Source: a virus (lineage: Duplodnaviria > Caudoviricetes). Taken from it: a stretch of DNA of 53,375 bases. The translations under genes were made by a program, and so were the position numbers. Each line of letters starts with the position of its first letter. The first letter of the stretch is position 1. Shown here one piece after another: positions 25,964 through 35,900 of the stretch. The notes below the pieces were generated by a model, which worked only from the letters and a program-made list of their open reading frames with translations, did not search any database and was not told the DNA's origin. The stretch covers positions 1-53,375 of the IMG/VR virus record IMGVR_UViG_3300048592_001369. The stretch is one strand, 5' to 3'.

Positions 25964-27277
25964 ATGGCTCTCGATCGCAAGGTAAAGGGCGACGCGATCG
26001 CCGTCTCGGGGCTTCGGCAGAGTGCCCTCGGGATCGCTGCGACGCTCGACAAGGTGATCTACTTCTCGGAGGACTCGCAGCTCAACGTCGTGGAGGAGCG
26101 CGAGGGGAACGCCGGCGAGAAGACCGGTCACGTCGAGGCGACGGACGTAGACGTGCGCGATCGCTCGGCGGAGGGCACGCTCACGATCGAGAAGGCCACC
26201 CCCGACTCGATCCTCTGGATGGCGGCCTTCGCGTTCGGCAACCACGCCGTGACGACGCCGGCCGGCGGGGTCTACCGGCACACTTCGAAGGTGGCGAGCT
26301 ATCCCGATCACCCGGACTACTTCACGGCGGCGCATCGCAAGGGTGGGGCCTCGGGTGCGGCCGCGATCGACTTCCGGCGTCACGTGAACCTCGCCCTCTC
26401 GACGCTCGAGCTCTCCGTGCAGAAGGGGGAGTTCCTGCGCGCGTCGTCGGGGATCCTCGGCACGGGCAAGAGCGACGATGGCATCCGCACCGAGGCGATC
26501 TCCGCGGCAAATGACGCCACGTCGATCGCTCTCGGCGAGGACCCCCTCGGCGACGATCCCGCCAACGTCACGGTCTGGGCCGATCTCGATGGGGACGGGA
26601 TCTACGAGACCGAGGTGTTTGCAAGCGCGTACAGCGCCGGGACGAATGCCCTCACGATCACGAGCCTCGGCGGCGACGGATCGACCATCTCCTACCGCGC
26701 GAGCTATGCGCCGAAGTCCAGCGTATCGGGATACGGCTGGACGGACCTCTCCGCGCTTGCCCCGGCGGAGGAGTTCAAGATCAAGGTCGGGAACATCCAG
26801 TTCCGGATTGGGGGCAAGTACACCGAGCCCGCCGGGGTGCCGACCTTCACCGGAGGCCAGCTCGCAGGGTGCGAGATCGAGTCGTTCCAGTACCGCCTCG
26901 AGCGGGGTGCCGAGGTCGGCCGGTGTTGGCGGCAGGGGGACACGGAGACTGCTGAAGCGACGAGCGTCGATCTCGGCGACGTCGTGCAGACAATCACCCT
27001 CACGCGCGAGGTGCGCGACTACCTCCTCCGACAGAAGTTCGACGCGAACGAGGCGCTCGCCCTCTACTTCGACGCGCTCGGCCCGGTCATCACGGGCGCC
27101 GAGAAGTTCTTCGTGAAGGGCTACTTCCCGCGCTGCAAGCTCCTGACGAAGCCCTTCCAGGCGAACGACGGGAAGTGGGTGGAGGAGGGCAACCTGCTCG
27201 TCCTGAAGGATGCGGTCAACAACTGGCCGACGGCCGTGATCGTCGGCCAGAACGAGGTGGCGACCTACCTCGCGTAG
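25964..27277 (+). CDS. Major tail tube protein with inserted accessory domain
   Basis: Position before the chaperones/TMP; beta-rich; internal ADLDGDG module. Confidence 0.75.
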   Translation: MALDRKVKGDAIAVSGLRQSALGIAATLDKVIYFSEDSQLNVVEEREGNAGEKTGHVEATDVDVRDRSAEGTLTIEKATPDSILWMAAFAFGNHAVTTPAGGVYRHTSKVASYPDHPDYFTAAHRKGGASGAAAIDFRRHVNLALSTLELSVQKGEFLRASSGILGTGKSDDGIRTEAISAANDATSIALGEDPLGDDPANVTVWADLDGDGIYETEVFASAYSAGTNALTITSLGGDGSTISYRASYAPKSSVSGYGWTDLSALAPAEEFKIKVGNIQFRIGGKYTEPAGVPTFTGGQLAGCEIESFQYRLERGAEVGRCWRQGDTETAEATSVDLGDVVQTITLTREVRDYLLRQKFDANEALALYFDALGPVITGAEKFFVKGYFPRCKLLTKPFQANDGKWVEEGNLLVLKDAVNNWPTAVIVGQNEVATYLA

Positions 27278-27290
27278 CGGAGGCGGACCC

Positions 27291-27698
27291 ATGGTGAAGC
27301 TCGGCCGCTCACACCGGCTGGTGGCGGCGCTGATCGACGGCGAGACGGAGCACGAGGTCGTGCTCTTGTACCGCGACCCGAAGACGTCGGAGATCGAGGA
27401 GCTCGAGAGGAATCTCATCCTTCTCCGGGCGGAGATTCCTGGCGCGCAGGAGCGCGCGAGCCAGCCCGGCGAGCTCGACCCGACCCTGGTCGTGCAGATC
27501 ACGAAGCTGCATCGGGAGTTTGGTGCCAAGCTCCTCGAGGGGGCGGAGAACGTCGAGCCCCGCGAGGGGATGGACATCGTCGAATCCATCCGCGAGTTCG
27601 AGCCGGATCTGCTCCTCATCCTCGGGACGCACGTCGCGACGACCCGCCGGAGGGCGTCGCTTCCGGGAAAATCCGAGAGCAGATCCGCCTCTGCCTGA
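27291..27698 (+). CDS. Tail assembly chaperone (G-like)
   Basis: Position; slippery G GGA AAA near the 3' end. Confidence 0.75.
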   Translation: MVKLGRSHRLVAALIDGETEHEVVLLYRDPKTSEIEELERNLILLRAEIPGAQERASQPGELDPTLVVQITKLHREFGAKLLEGAENVEPREGMDIVESIREFEPDLLLILGTHVATTRRRASLPGKSESRSASA

Positions 27699-28018
27699 CC
27701 GGGGCGATCTGCTCGAGGGAGCGGGCAGCGTGCCCACATCTCGTGGGGGTGAAGGCCTCGCTCTGGCACCTCCAATGCGAGACGGCATGTCCGGCGAAGC
27801 GGGTCAGGTCGGAGTCCGTGCAGATCCATCCCCTGGTCGAGGCGTCCCTCTTCGCGGAGGCGCTCCTGCGGGGCGGCTACCGCTACGAGCGGGACGACCT
27901 TTCGCTCGATGAGTGGATCGTGATCGGAATGATCGCGGACGAGCGGGAGGCGCTGCGGTGGCAGAAGAGCGACTCCGGATCATCCTCTCCGCCCAGGACC
28001 TCGCGTCGAGAACCCTGA
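27665..28018 (+). CDS. Tail assembly chaperone GT-like extension reached by -1 frameshift
   Basis: GGGAAAA at 27665-27671 in X XXY YYZ phase; -1 frame is open to 28018. Confidence 0.75.
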   Translation, partial: GKIREQIRLCLTGAICSRERAACPHLVGVKASLWHLQCETACPAKRVRSESVQIHPLVEASLFAEALLRGGYRYERDDLSLDEWIVIGMIADEREALRWQKSDSGSSSPPRTSRREP

Positions 28019-30498
28019 GGTCGGCGCAGACGACTCTGTCACGCCTCGAGACATCTGCGGTGCGTGTTGGCGCGGCGGTTGCCGGGGCGCTCGGGGTGGG
28101 TGGCTTCGCCGTCGTGCTCCGTGCCGCGGAGGAATCCGACAAGACGATCGCGCAGTTCAACCAGGCGCTCGTCCAGTCCGGACGGTTCTCTGAAGAGACG
28201 TCGAAGGGCTACCAGGATCTCGCCACGAGCCTGCAGCTCGCCACCGCCGAGTCGGACGAGGCCATCCTCGACGTCATGCGGCGACTCGTCTCGTTCGGCA
28301 ACGTGGCGGAGGATCAGATTCCTCGTGCCACGCGGGTGGCACTCGACCTTGCCGCGGCACTTGGAACGGACGGGGCGCAGGCGGCCCAGCAGCTCGCGCG
28401 AGCCTTGGCGGATCCGGCGCAGGGGCTGACGGCGCTCCGCCGGGCTGGCATCACCTTCAGCGCAGGCCAGAAGGAGGTGATCCGGCAGCTCGTCGAGTCC
28501 GGCAACCGCGCCCAGGCCCTGGACGTCATCCTGGGCGCGCTCGAGAGCCGCGTGGGTGGGCAGGCTGCGATCCGGACCCTCGGCGACCGGTTCCGTCTCC
28601 TCCAGCAGGTCGTCGGCGACGTCCTCGAGGTGTACGGCAAGCTCCTCACGCAGAGCCCGCTCGTGAACGCGGCCTTCGAAGCCGGAGCGGGGCGCCTCGC
28701 AGAGTTCGCCGCCTCGGGCGCCGGGGTCGCGGAGCAACAGGCCGCACTCGAAGGCACCCTTCGCGATGCGGCCCTGGCCGCGTCCGACCTCGTGGATCGG
28801 GTGCGCCCTGCCTACGACATCGTCGTTCGGTTCCTCGGGACCGTGGTCGCGGGCTACGAGACGCTCCCCTCTCCGCTCCGAGAGCTCGGTCTCATCGGGA
28901 TCCTGGCGCTCGGCACGCGGGGGCGCGTTGCCGTCGTCGCGGGGCTCTCGCTCGTCGACACCCTTTCGGACAGCTACCGAGGCCTGCAGGAAACGCTCCG
29001 TGGACGTCTCGACTTCGGCGACTTCGCCACCTCGAACAAGGAGGAGCTCCAGTCCCTCCTCGAAGACCTCGACCGGCTCGACGGACGAGCGAAGTCCCTC
29101 GGAACGTCGATCATCACCACCGCCGAGAACTTCCGATCGACGGGCGATGCGTTTCGTGATCTGCAGCGCGAAGGCAAGGCGATCGAGGACACGTTCAAGC
29201 TCCTGCCTGGCGAGTTCGCCGGGCTGTCGGAGGAGGACCGAGAAGATCTCCGAGCGGAGTACATCGAGATCGCACGGCAGGCCACGAGCGATGCCGCCGA
29301 GGGAGCCCGAGGAGCCGCGCGTACTGCGGTCGAGACGTTCCTCTCGGAGGTGGCCTCCCTCCAGAAGAGGATTCAGATCGGTGGCGCGCCCGGTGCTGCC
29401 ATCGGTCCCGGTGGCGACCCGCAGACTCGAGAGAACACCCGCCTGGCTACGAAGGACGCCGGGGAGTACCGGCGCGTGATCGAGAGTATCGGAGAGAGCG
29501 CGCAGCGTGCAGCCGAGAGAACGGCGCTTCTTCGCATCCCGGAGACCGATCGTTCGCGCGCACAGGCCGCCATCGACTTGGCAGGCTCGATCCGCGAGAT
29601 CGAAGAGGCAGAGCTCCGTGCGGTCGAAGCGGCGAGAGGGCATCAGGACAAGCTCGTCGAGGCGCACCGACTGGCCGGCGAGGCCATCAAACAGATCACG
29701 CTCGAATACCAAGCGAAGCTCGTCGGGATCGATCGCGATGCAACGGACGAGCGCGCGCGGATCGAAAGGGATCGAGGCGACGCACTCCGTCAGCTCCAGC
29801 TCGATCTTCTGCCGGCGCAGGCACGGACCCAGGCCGAAGCGATTCTGGCGGCCCAGGATCTGTTCGCAGAGCGCCAGAAGCTCTTTCGTGACAACCCGGC
29901 AGCGCTGGCCCTGAGCCAAGATGCGCTGAACCTCGCGACCGAGAGGATCGTCAAAGCCAAGGATGCGACCGTCGACTGGGCGAAGGTGATGGAATCGGCG
30001 ACCGGAACGATCATCGCCGACTTCGCCGGCGGGATCAGCGACGCATTCATGAGCTTCATCGACGGCACGCAGAGCGCGGGCGAGGCCTTCGAGAGCTTCG
30101 CGGCCGACGTGCTTCGCAGCGTGGAGCAGATCGTCGTCAAGATGCTCGTGCTGGCGGGCCTCAAGGCCGCGGCCGGGTTCTTCGGCTTCACGCTGCCGAC
30201 GATGGCAGAGGGTGGGGTCGTGACGCGGCCGACGCTTCTGCTCGCGGGCGAGGGCGGAGAGCCCGAGGCCATCGTCCCGCTCTCGAAGTCGAAGCAGTAC
30301 GGATTTGGCGAGGGGGGGGGCCTGAACGTCACCACGATCGTGAATGTCACTGGTGCTGGCGTGGCGACTACCGCGCGACAGGATCGCCCGGAGGGCAGCG
30401 GTGCCGAGCTCGGACGGGTCATCACGGCCAAGGTGATCGAGGTCATCCGCCAGGAGCAGCGACCGGGAGGGATCCTCGCCGGCAGCGGCCGGGGGTAG
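27958..30498 (+). CDS. Tape measure protein (~846 aa)
   Basis: IILSAQD start, Ala-rich helices, ALADPAQGLTALRRAGI, AEGGVVTRPT...GEGGEPEAIVPL, QRPGGIL. Confidence 0.92.
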   Translation: MAEERLRIILSAQDLASRTLRSAQTTLSRLETSAVRVGAAVAGALGVGGFAVVLRAAEESDKTIAQFNQALVQSGRFSEETSKGYQDLATSLQLATAESDEAILDVMRRLVSFGNVAEDQIPRATRVALDLAAALGTDGAQAAQQLARALADPAQGLTALRRAGITFSAGQKEVIRQLVESGNRAQALDVILGALESRVGGQAAIRTLGDRFRLLQQVVGDVLEVYGKLLTQSPLVNAAFEAGAGRLAEFAASGAGVAEQQAALEGTLRDAALAASDLVDRVRPAYDIVVRFLGTVVAGYETLPSPLRELGLIGILALGTRGRVAVVAGLSLVDTLSDSYRGLQETLRGRLDFGDFATSNKEELQSLLEDLDRLDGRAKSLGTSIITTAENFRSTGDAFRDLQREGKAIEDTFKLLPGEFAGLSEEDREDLRAEYIEIARQATSDAAEGARGAARTAVETFLSEVASLQKRIQIGGAPGAAIGPGGDPQTRENTRLATKDAGEYRRVIESIGESAQRAAERTALLRIPETDRSRAQAAIDLAGSIREIEEAELRAVEAARGHQDKLVEAHRLAGEAIKQITLEYQAKLVGIDRDATDERARIERDRGDALRQLQLDLLPAQARTQAEAILAAQDLFAERQKLFRDNPAALALSQDALNLATERIVKAKDATVDWAKVMESATGTIIADFAGGISDAFMSFIDGTQSAGEAFESFAADVLRSVEQIVVKMLVLAGLKAAAGFFGFTLPTMAEGGVVTRPTLLLAGEGGEPEAIVPLSKSKQYGFGEGGGLNVTTIVNVTGAGVATTARQDRPEGSGAELGRVITAKVIEVIRQEQRPGGILAGSGRG

Positions 30499-30501
30499 TC
30501 C

Positions 30502-30852
30502 ATGGCGGACGGCAGTGTGTGGCGATGGCCCGTCACGCTCGGCTCCTCCCAGACCGTGGACCTCTCACCGCTCGAGGTTCGCTTCGGGGAGGGCTACGCG
30601 CAGCGCGTGAAGCAGCCGAACGCGGCGCGGAAGCGGACCTTCGAGGTGCGGTGCGAGCGACGGCCGGTTTCGGAGATCCAGGCCATGAAGGCGTTCCTCG
30701 ATTCTCATGGGGGCGCCGACTCGTTCGACTTCGTCGAACGAGACTCGGGCCAGCCGTACCGCGTGGTCTGCAAGGGGTACACGATTGCCTACAGCGGCCA
30801 CGTGTACGGAGATCTGTCGGCGACGTTCGAGGTGGTGAGGGAGTACCCGTAG
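30502..30852 (+). CDS. Distal tail protein (lambda M-like)
   Basis: VRFGEGYAQR, FLDSHGG, SATFEVV. Confidence 0.88.
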   Translation: MADGSVWRWPVTLGSSQTVDLSPLEVRFGEGYAQRVKQPNAARKRTFEVRCERRPVSEIQAMKAFLDSHGGADSFDFVERDSGQPYRVVCKGYTIAYSGHVYGDLSATFEVVREYP

Positions 30853-30855
30853 CCC

Positions 30856-31560
30856 ATGCCGAGCATCGAGCGACAGATCCAGCGCCTCAATCCTGGAGCC
30901 CTCGTCGAGCTCTTCGTTCTCGACGCCACCCGTATCGCGCCGTCCGTTGCGCCCGTACGTCTTCACAACTTCGTCTCGCGCCGGGATCGGCCGATCGTCT
31001 TCCAGGGAGAGACGTATACACCGTTCCCGATCGAGGCGAGCGGCTTCGAGGTGGCGTCGAACGGCCGCCTTCCCCGGCCCCACATCCGCGTGGCCAATCT
31101 GGACGGTGCGCTCCAGGCTGCGCTCGAGCAGCTCGACGACCTGGTCGGTGCGCTCGTGATCCGCAAGCGCACCTTCGAGCACTACCTCGACGGAGAGCCC
31201 AAGGCCGATCCTCTCGCAGAGTTTCCCGAGGACGTCTACGTGGTCGAGCGCAAGGTGCAGGAGAATCGGCTCCTGATCGAATGGGAGCTTGCGACCCGAG
31301 CCGACGTCGAGACGGCGAAGATTCCTCGGCGGCAGATCGTCGCGGGCGTGTGTGGTTGGAGTTACGGCGGCGAGGCCTGCGAATGGGTCGCGAGCGAGCA
31401 CGCCTCGCTCTGGTTCGACGAGGACGATCTCCCGGTCTCGCTCATCTCCGAGGATCGGTGCGGGAAGCGACTCGCGAGCTGCCGCGCCCGCTGGGGGCAG
31501 GTGGCCGACAAGTCCCTCCGTTTCGGCGGGTTCCCGGGCTCGGCGCGGGTGCTGCGGTGA
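30856..31560 (+). CDS. Minor tail protein L (Fe-S Cys motif)
   Basis: VELFVLD, PIEASGFE, C...C...DRCGKRLASCRARW, FGGFPG. Confidence 0.92.
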   Translation: MPSIERQIQRLNPGALVELFVLDATRIAPSVAPVRLHNFVSRRDRPIVFQGETYTPFPIEASGFEVASNGRLPRPHIRVANLDGALQAALEQLDDLVGALVIRKRTFEHYLDGEPKADPLAEFPEDVYVVERKVQENRLLIEWELATRADVETAKIPRRQIVAGVCGWSYGGEACEWVASEHASLWFDEDDLPVSLISEDRCGKRLASCRARWGQVADKSLRFGGFPGSARVLR

Positions 31561-32288
31561 ACGGAGCTCATGTGCGGGAGATGGTGGCGATCGCGCGAGC
31601 GAGAGCGCCGCTCGAAGCGTGTGGCTTTCTCGTGGACGTAGAGGGGGAGGAGCGGCTCATCGTCGCCGAGAACGCGAGCGACGAGCCGGAGGACTCCTTC
31701 GTGATCCACCCTCGGGACTACGCTCGCGCCGAGGACACGGGTCGGATCCTCGCGGTCTGGCACTCCCATGCCGAGCGGCCGGATCCGAGTGAGGCCGACC
31801 GGGCCTTCTGCGAACGCTACGCGCTGCCGTATGTGATCGTCTCGGCGGCCTACGGGAACTGGATACGGATCGAGCCCACGGGGTGGCAGGCGCCGCTCGA
31901 AGGCCGAGAGTGGGTGGCTGGCGCGCAGGACTGTGTCGATCTGGCGCGCGACTACTACGCACGCATCCTCGGCATCGAGGTGCTCCTCCCCGAGCGCGGC
32001 CCGTACTCGTGGCGCGACGGTGGAGACCCGATCGCAGCGCACTGCGGCTCGCTCGGGTTCGTCTGGGTTCCGCCGCGCGCGTTGCGCGAACACGACGTGC
32101 TCGTCTTCCGGCGCGAGGGCCCGATCGCTCACCACGTTGGCATCTACCTCGGGGGAAACGAGATGCTGCATCATCCGCGCGGACAGCTCTCGAGGAGAGC
32201 GACGTACCACGACGAGTGGAGGCGCTACACGGTGGGCGTCCTGCGCCATCGCTCGTTGCTCCGGCCGGAGGACGGCTTTCGTGAGTAG
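31557..32288 (+). CDS. Tail assembly protein K (JAB + NlpC/P60)
   Basis: EACGF...HSH...PSEAD; DCVDLARDYY...HVGIYLGGNEMLHH. Confidence 0.92.
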   Translation: MNGAHVREMVAIARARAPLEACGFLVDVEGEERLIVAENASDEPEDSFVIHPRDYARAEDTGRILAVWHSHAERPDPSEADRAFCERYALPYVIVSAAYGNWIRIEPTGWQAPLEGREWVAGAQDCVDLARDYYARILGIEVLLPERGPYSWRDGGDPIAAHCGSLGFVWVPPRALREHDVLVFRREGPIAHHVGIYLGGNEMLHHPRGQLSRRATYHDEWRRYTVGVLRHRSLLRPEDGFRE

Positions 32289-32922
32289 CGGCTACCTCCG
32301 TTGCGTCCGGCTGCGGGGCGAGCTCGGCGAGCGGTTCGGGCGCGAGCACTGGATCGCGGTCGAGACGCCGGGCGAGGCGGTGCGCGCCATCGAGGCGCGC
32401 CGCCCGGGATTCTTCGACTACCTCCGCTCCGTGAACGGCCTCGTGGACTTCGCTGTGATCGCGGGCGGAGAATCGCTCGGGGAGACCGACGGGGACCACC
32501 CGCTCGGCCGCCGCGATCTCGAGTTCGTGCCGGTCGTCCGGGGGGCGGGGGACAACACGAACACGCTCACCCTCGTGATCGGGGCCGTGCTGCTCGTTGC
32601 GGCGGTCGTGCTCACGTGGGGCGCCGCCACCCCAGCGATCGCAGGGTTTCTCGGCGTCGCGGAAGCGACCGTCGGAAGCGCCCTCTTCTCGATCGGGGCT
32701 ATTGGCTTCGCGATGGTGGCGAGTGGTGTCGCGGGGCTCATCGCCGGTACGCCGAAGACCGGCGACCTCGACGTCGCTCGGTCGCAGGACGCCGAGAAGC
32801 TCGCCTCGTACCAGTTCTCGGGCCCGGTCAACACGGCGGGCCAGGGACTCCCGGTGCCGATTGTCTACGGCGAGCTCATCGTCGGCTCGCACGTCGTCAG
32901 CATGGGCATCTACTCCGCATGA
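32281..32922 (+). CDS. Tail assembly protein I
   Basis: VRLRGELGERFG, VPVVRGAG, SYQFSGPVNTAGQGLPVPIVYGE. Confidence 0.92.
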   Translation: MSSGYLRCVRLRGELGERFGREHWIAVETPGEAVRAIEARRPGFFDYLRSVNGLVDFAVIAGGESLGETDGDHPLGRRDLEFVPVVRGAGDNTNTLTLVIGAVLLVAAVVLTWGAATPAIAGFLGVAEATVGSALFSIGAIGFAMVASGVAGLIAGTPKTGDLDVARSQDAEKLASYQFSGPVNTAGQGLPVPIVYGELIVGSHVVSMGIYSA

Positions 32923-35900
32923 GGCTCGCGGGCCCGCGTCCGGCGCTCGCGGGCCGCGGCGGCAAGAAGCAGAAGAAGCAAAGCGTCCGAACGCCGGTCG
33001 AGTACCCCGACAGCATCTCCTCGATTCAGTACGGAACGATCGTCGACGTGCTCAGTGAGGGGCCGATCGTCGGGCTCCTTCATGGTGCGCAGTCGATCTA
33101 TCTCGACGAGACACCGGTCCAGAATCCCGACGGCTCCTACAACTTCCAGGAGGTCTCCTACGAGCAGGCGACGGGGTCCGCCGAGCAGGCTCCGATCGGC
33201 TTTGGCGAGGGCGTGCTTTCGGAGGTGCCGGTCAACGTCCGGATCAAGGCCGGCGCGTGGCCCACGCGGCTCGTGAGCACCCCGGACGTGGATCGCGTTC
33301 GGGTAACGATTGGATTTGCGGGACTCCTCGAGCAGGACCCGGCCACGCACGACATCACCGGATCGGCGATCGCACTCGACGTCCAGGTGGCGACATCGAC
33401 CGGCTCCTGGATCACGGCGTACGAGATTCGATTCACGGCGAAGTCACGCAATCGGTTCACGCAAAGCTACACCGTGCACCGGCCGTCCTCGTCGTCCGAG
33501 GCCTGGCGAGTGCGCATCGTGCGGCACACCCCGGACGCGACCGATTCGAGCAAGCAGAACGACACCTACTGGGACAGCTACACCGAGATCACGTCGAGTC
33601 GGCTCTCCATGCCTCTTTCGTCCGCGGTGGCAATCCGGCTGCGCGCGGACGAGTTCTCGCAGATTCCATCGCGTGCCTATCACGTGCGCGGGCGGTTGCT
33701 CAAGGTGCCTTCCAACTATCACCCGGAGGACGCGGACTCTCTCGGGACCGGGGCCTACTCGGGCGACTGGGACGGGACGTTCCAGATCGCGTACGCGAAC
33801 AATCCGGCCTGGGTCTTCTTCGACCTGCTCTCGAACAGCCGCTATGGCCTCGGCCAGTACGTGCCGGAGTCGTCCGTCGACAAGTGGTCGCTCTACGCGA
33901 TCGCTCGCTACTGCGACGAGCTCGTGCCCTCGGGGCAGCAGGACATTTACGGAAACGATCTTCACGAGCGGCGCTTCACCTTCAACAGCGTGATCCAGAC
34001 CCGCGAACAGGCCTACAAGGTGATGGCCGACCTCGCGTCCGTGTTTCGGGGCATGGTCTACTGGTCGACGGGCCTCATCACGTTTTCGCAGGATTCTCCG
34101 AAGTCGGCCATCCACCAGTTCACGCCATCGAACGTGCGAGATGGGATCTTCTCCTACGGGAGCTCCTCGCGGACGGCACGGCATACGGTCGCGCTCGTAC
34201 GGTGGAACAACCCCGAGAACTACTTCCTCCCCGAAGTCGAGTACGTCGAGGATGAGGACGGGATCAAGCGCTTCGGCGTGAACGAGACCGAGGTGACGGC
34301 CTTCGGCTGTACGTCACGCGGGCAGGCGATCCGAGCCGGACGTTGGTTGCTCGTCACCGAGCGTCTCGAGAAGGAGATGGTCACGTTCCAGACGGGGCTC
34401 GAGGCGGCGGCGCTCCGCCCCGGGGACGTGGTGAACGTGGTCGATCCGATGCGCGGCGGCAAGCGGCGCGGAGGGAGAATCGTCTCCGCGGGCCCTTCTC
34501 ACGTCGAGATCGACGAGCCCGTGGCTCTCGAACCCGGCATCACCTACGACGTCACGGTGATGCAGGGATCGCGCACCGAGTACGTGGACGGCACGACGAC
34601 CGACGCGACGCTAACGCTCGGTGCCCCGCTCGCGGGCGAGGATCTCACGCGGGTCTTCGTGTCGGCAGACCTCGATGGCGACGGCGGGTTCGAGACCAAG
34701 GTCGAGGTGCGAGGGTACACGGCCGACCTCCGGGAGGTCCGGATCGGGCCGCTCGAAGAGGGCGGCGGTGGCACGGCGGTCCGATTCCGCGTGGACTACC
34801 TGCTCGGGCTCGTGACCCGCATGGTGACGTCGGACCCCGGCGAAGGGGCGCTGCTCACGGTCGCTCCGCCCTTCGATGTGGTTCCAGACCCTGGACAGGT
34901 GTTCATCCTCCGCGAACCCAACTATGAACCGCGACCGTATCGGGTCATCTCGATCGTCGAGAACGAGAAGCACCTCCATGAGGTCCAGGCGCTCGAGTAT
35001 CACGCGAGCAAGTACGAAGAGATCGAGAGCGGGATCCGGATCGAGGAGCCGCCCGACGACCTCGTGCCGCCGTCGGATCTGCTGGTCTCCCCGCCCACGA
35101 ACCTGCGGATCACGCCCGAGGTTCGGACCGGCGCAACCGGGATTCGCGCGTTTCTCTCTGTCGAATGGAGCCCTCCGGCGGGCGCCCGCGTCCGTGCCTA
35201 CGAGGTGCGCTACCGGCTGAACCTCGGCAACTGGCACACCTTGCCCGAGATCTTTGGCCTCGAGGCATCGATCCCAGATGCGCGGCCGGGCTCGTACGAT
35301 GTCGCCGTCTACGCCCTCGGGATCTCCGGGCAGCGAAGCACCGCGGCTTCGGCCTCCTATGCCTACGACGAGGCGGCCACGGTTGCCCTTGCTCGCGTGA
35401 CCGGGCTCGAGATCGAGGGGCAGGGCAACGACGCGATGTTCACGGGGCGCTCGGTTCGGTTGGCATGGCGCTGGAACCACCCCGATCGTGAGGTTCCGTA
35501 CGGATCCGAGGTGGGAGGGGCCGGCTCGCTGGCGATCCCCGCCTGGTTCGATGGCTTCGTCGTGCGGGTCTACGACCCGGCGACGAACGCTCTCGTGCGC
35601 GAGGAACAATCAGTTCCAGACCCGCGGTACACCTACGACCTCGACAAGAACCTGGCGGACGGTGGGCCGCGCCGGAGGCTTCGGTTCGAGGTGGCGGTCC
35701 GCGACCTCTTCGGGAGAGCGTCTCCGTATTCGCAGATCACCGTCGAAAACCCGCCTCCGCCGGCGCTCGAGCTCGTGCGGGTGAGCGGGGGCTTTCGTGA
35801 GGTCTGGCTGGAGTTCCGGGCGCCGGGGGATGCAGATTTCGCCGGCGTGCTCGTGTGGGCATCGACCTCGGAGTCGTTCACTCTCAGTGACACGAATCTC

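Noticed and set aside
30312-30320. Poly-G tracts (G9 here and at 16967-16975; G8 at 16304-16311) as phase-variation switches
   Set aside because: Frames are intact and such runs are plausible by chance or as RBS in GC-rich DNA; read data would be needed.
31557-32288. JAB domain as CBASS/ubiquitin-like defence component
   Set aside because: Fused to NlpC/P60 and located between L and I: ordinary lambda K.
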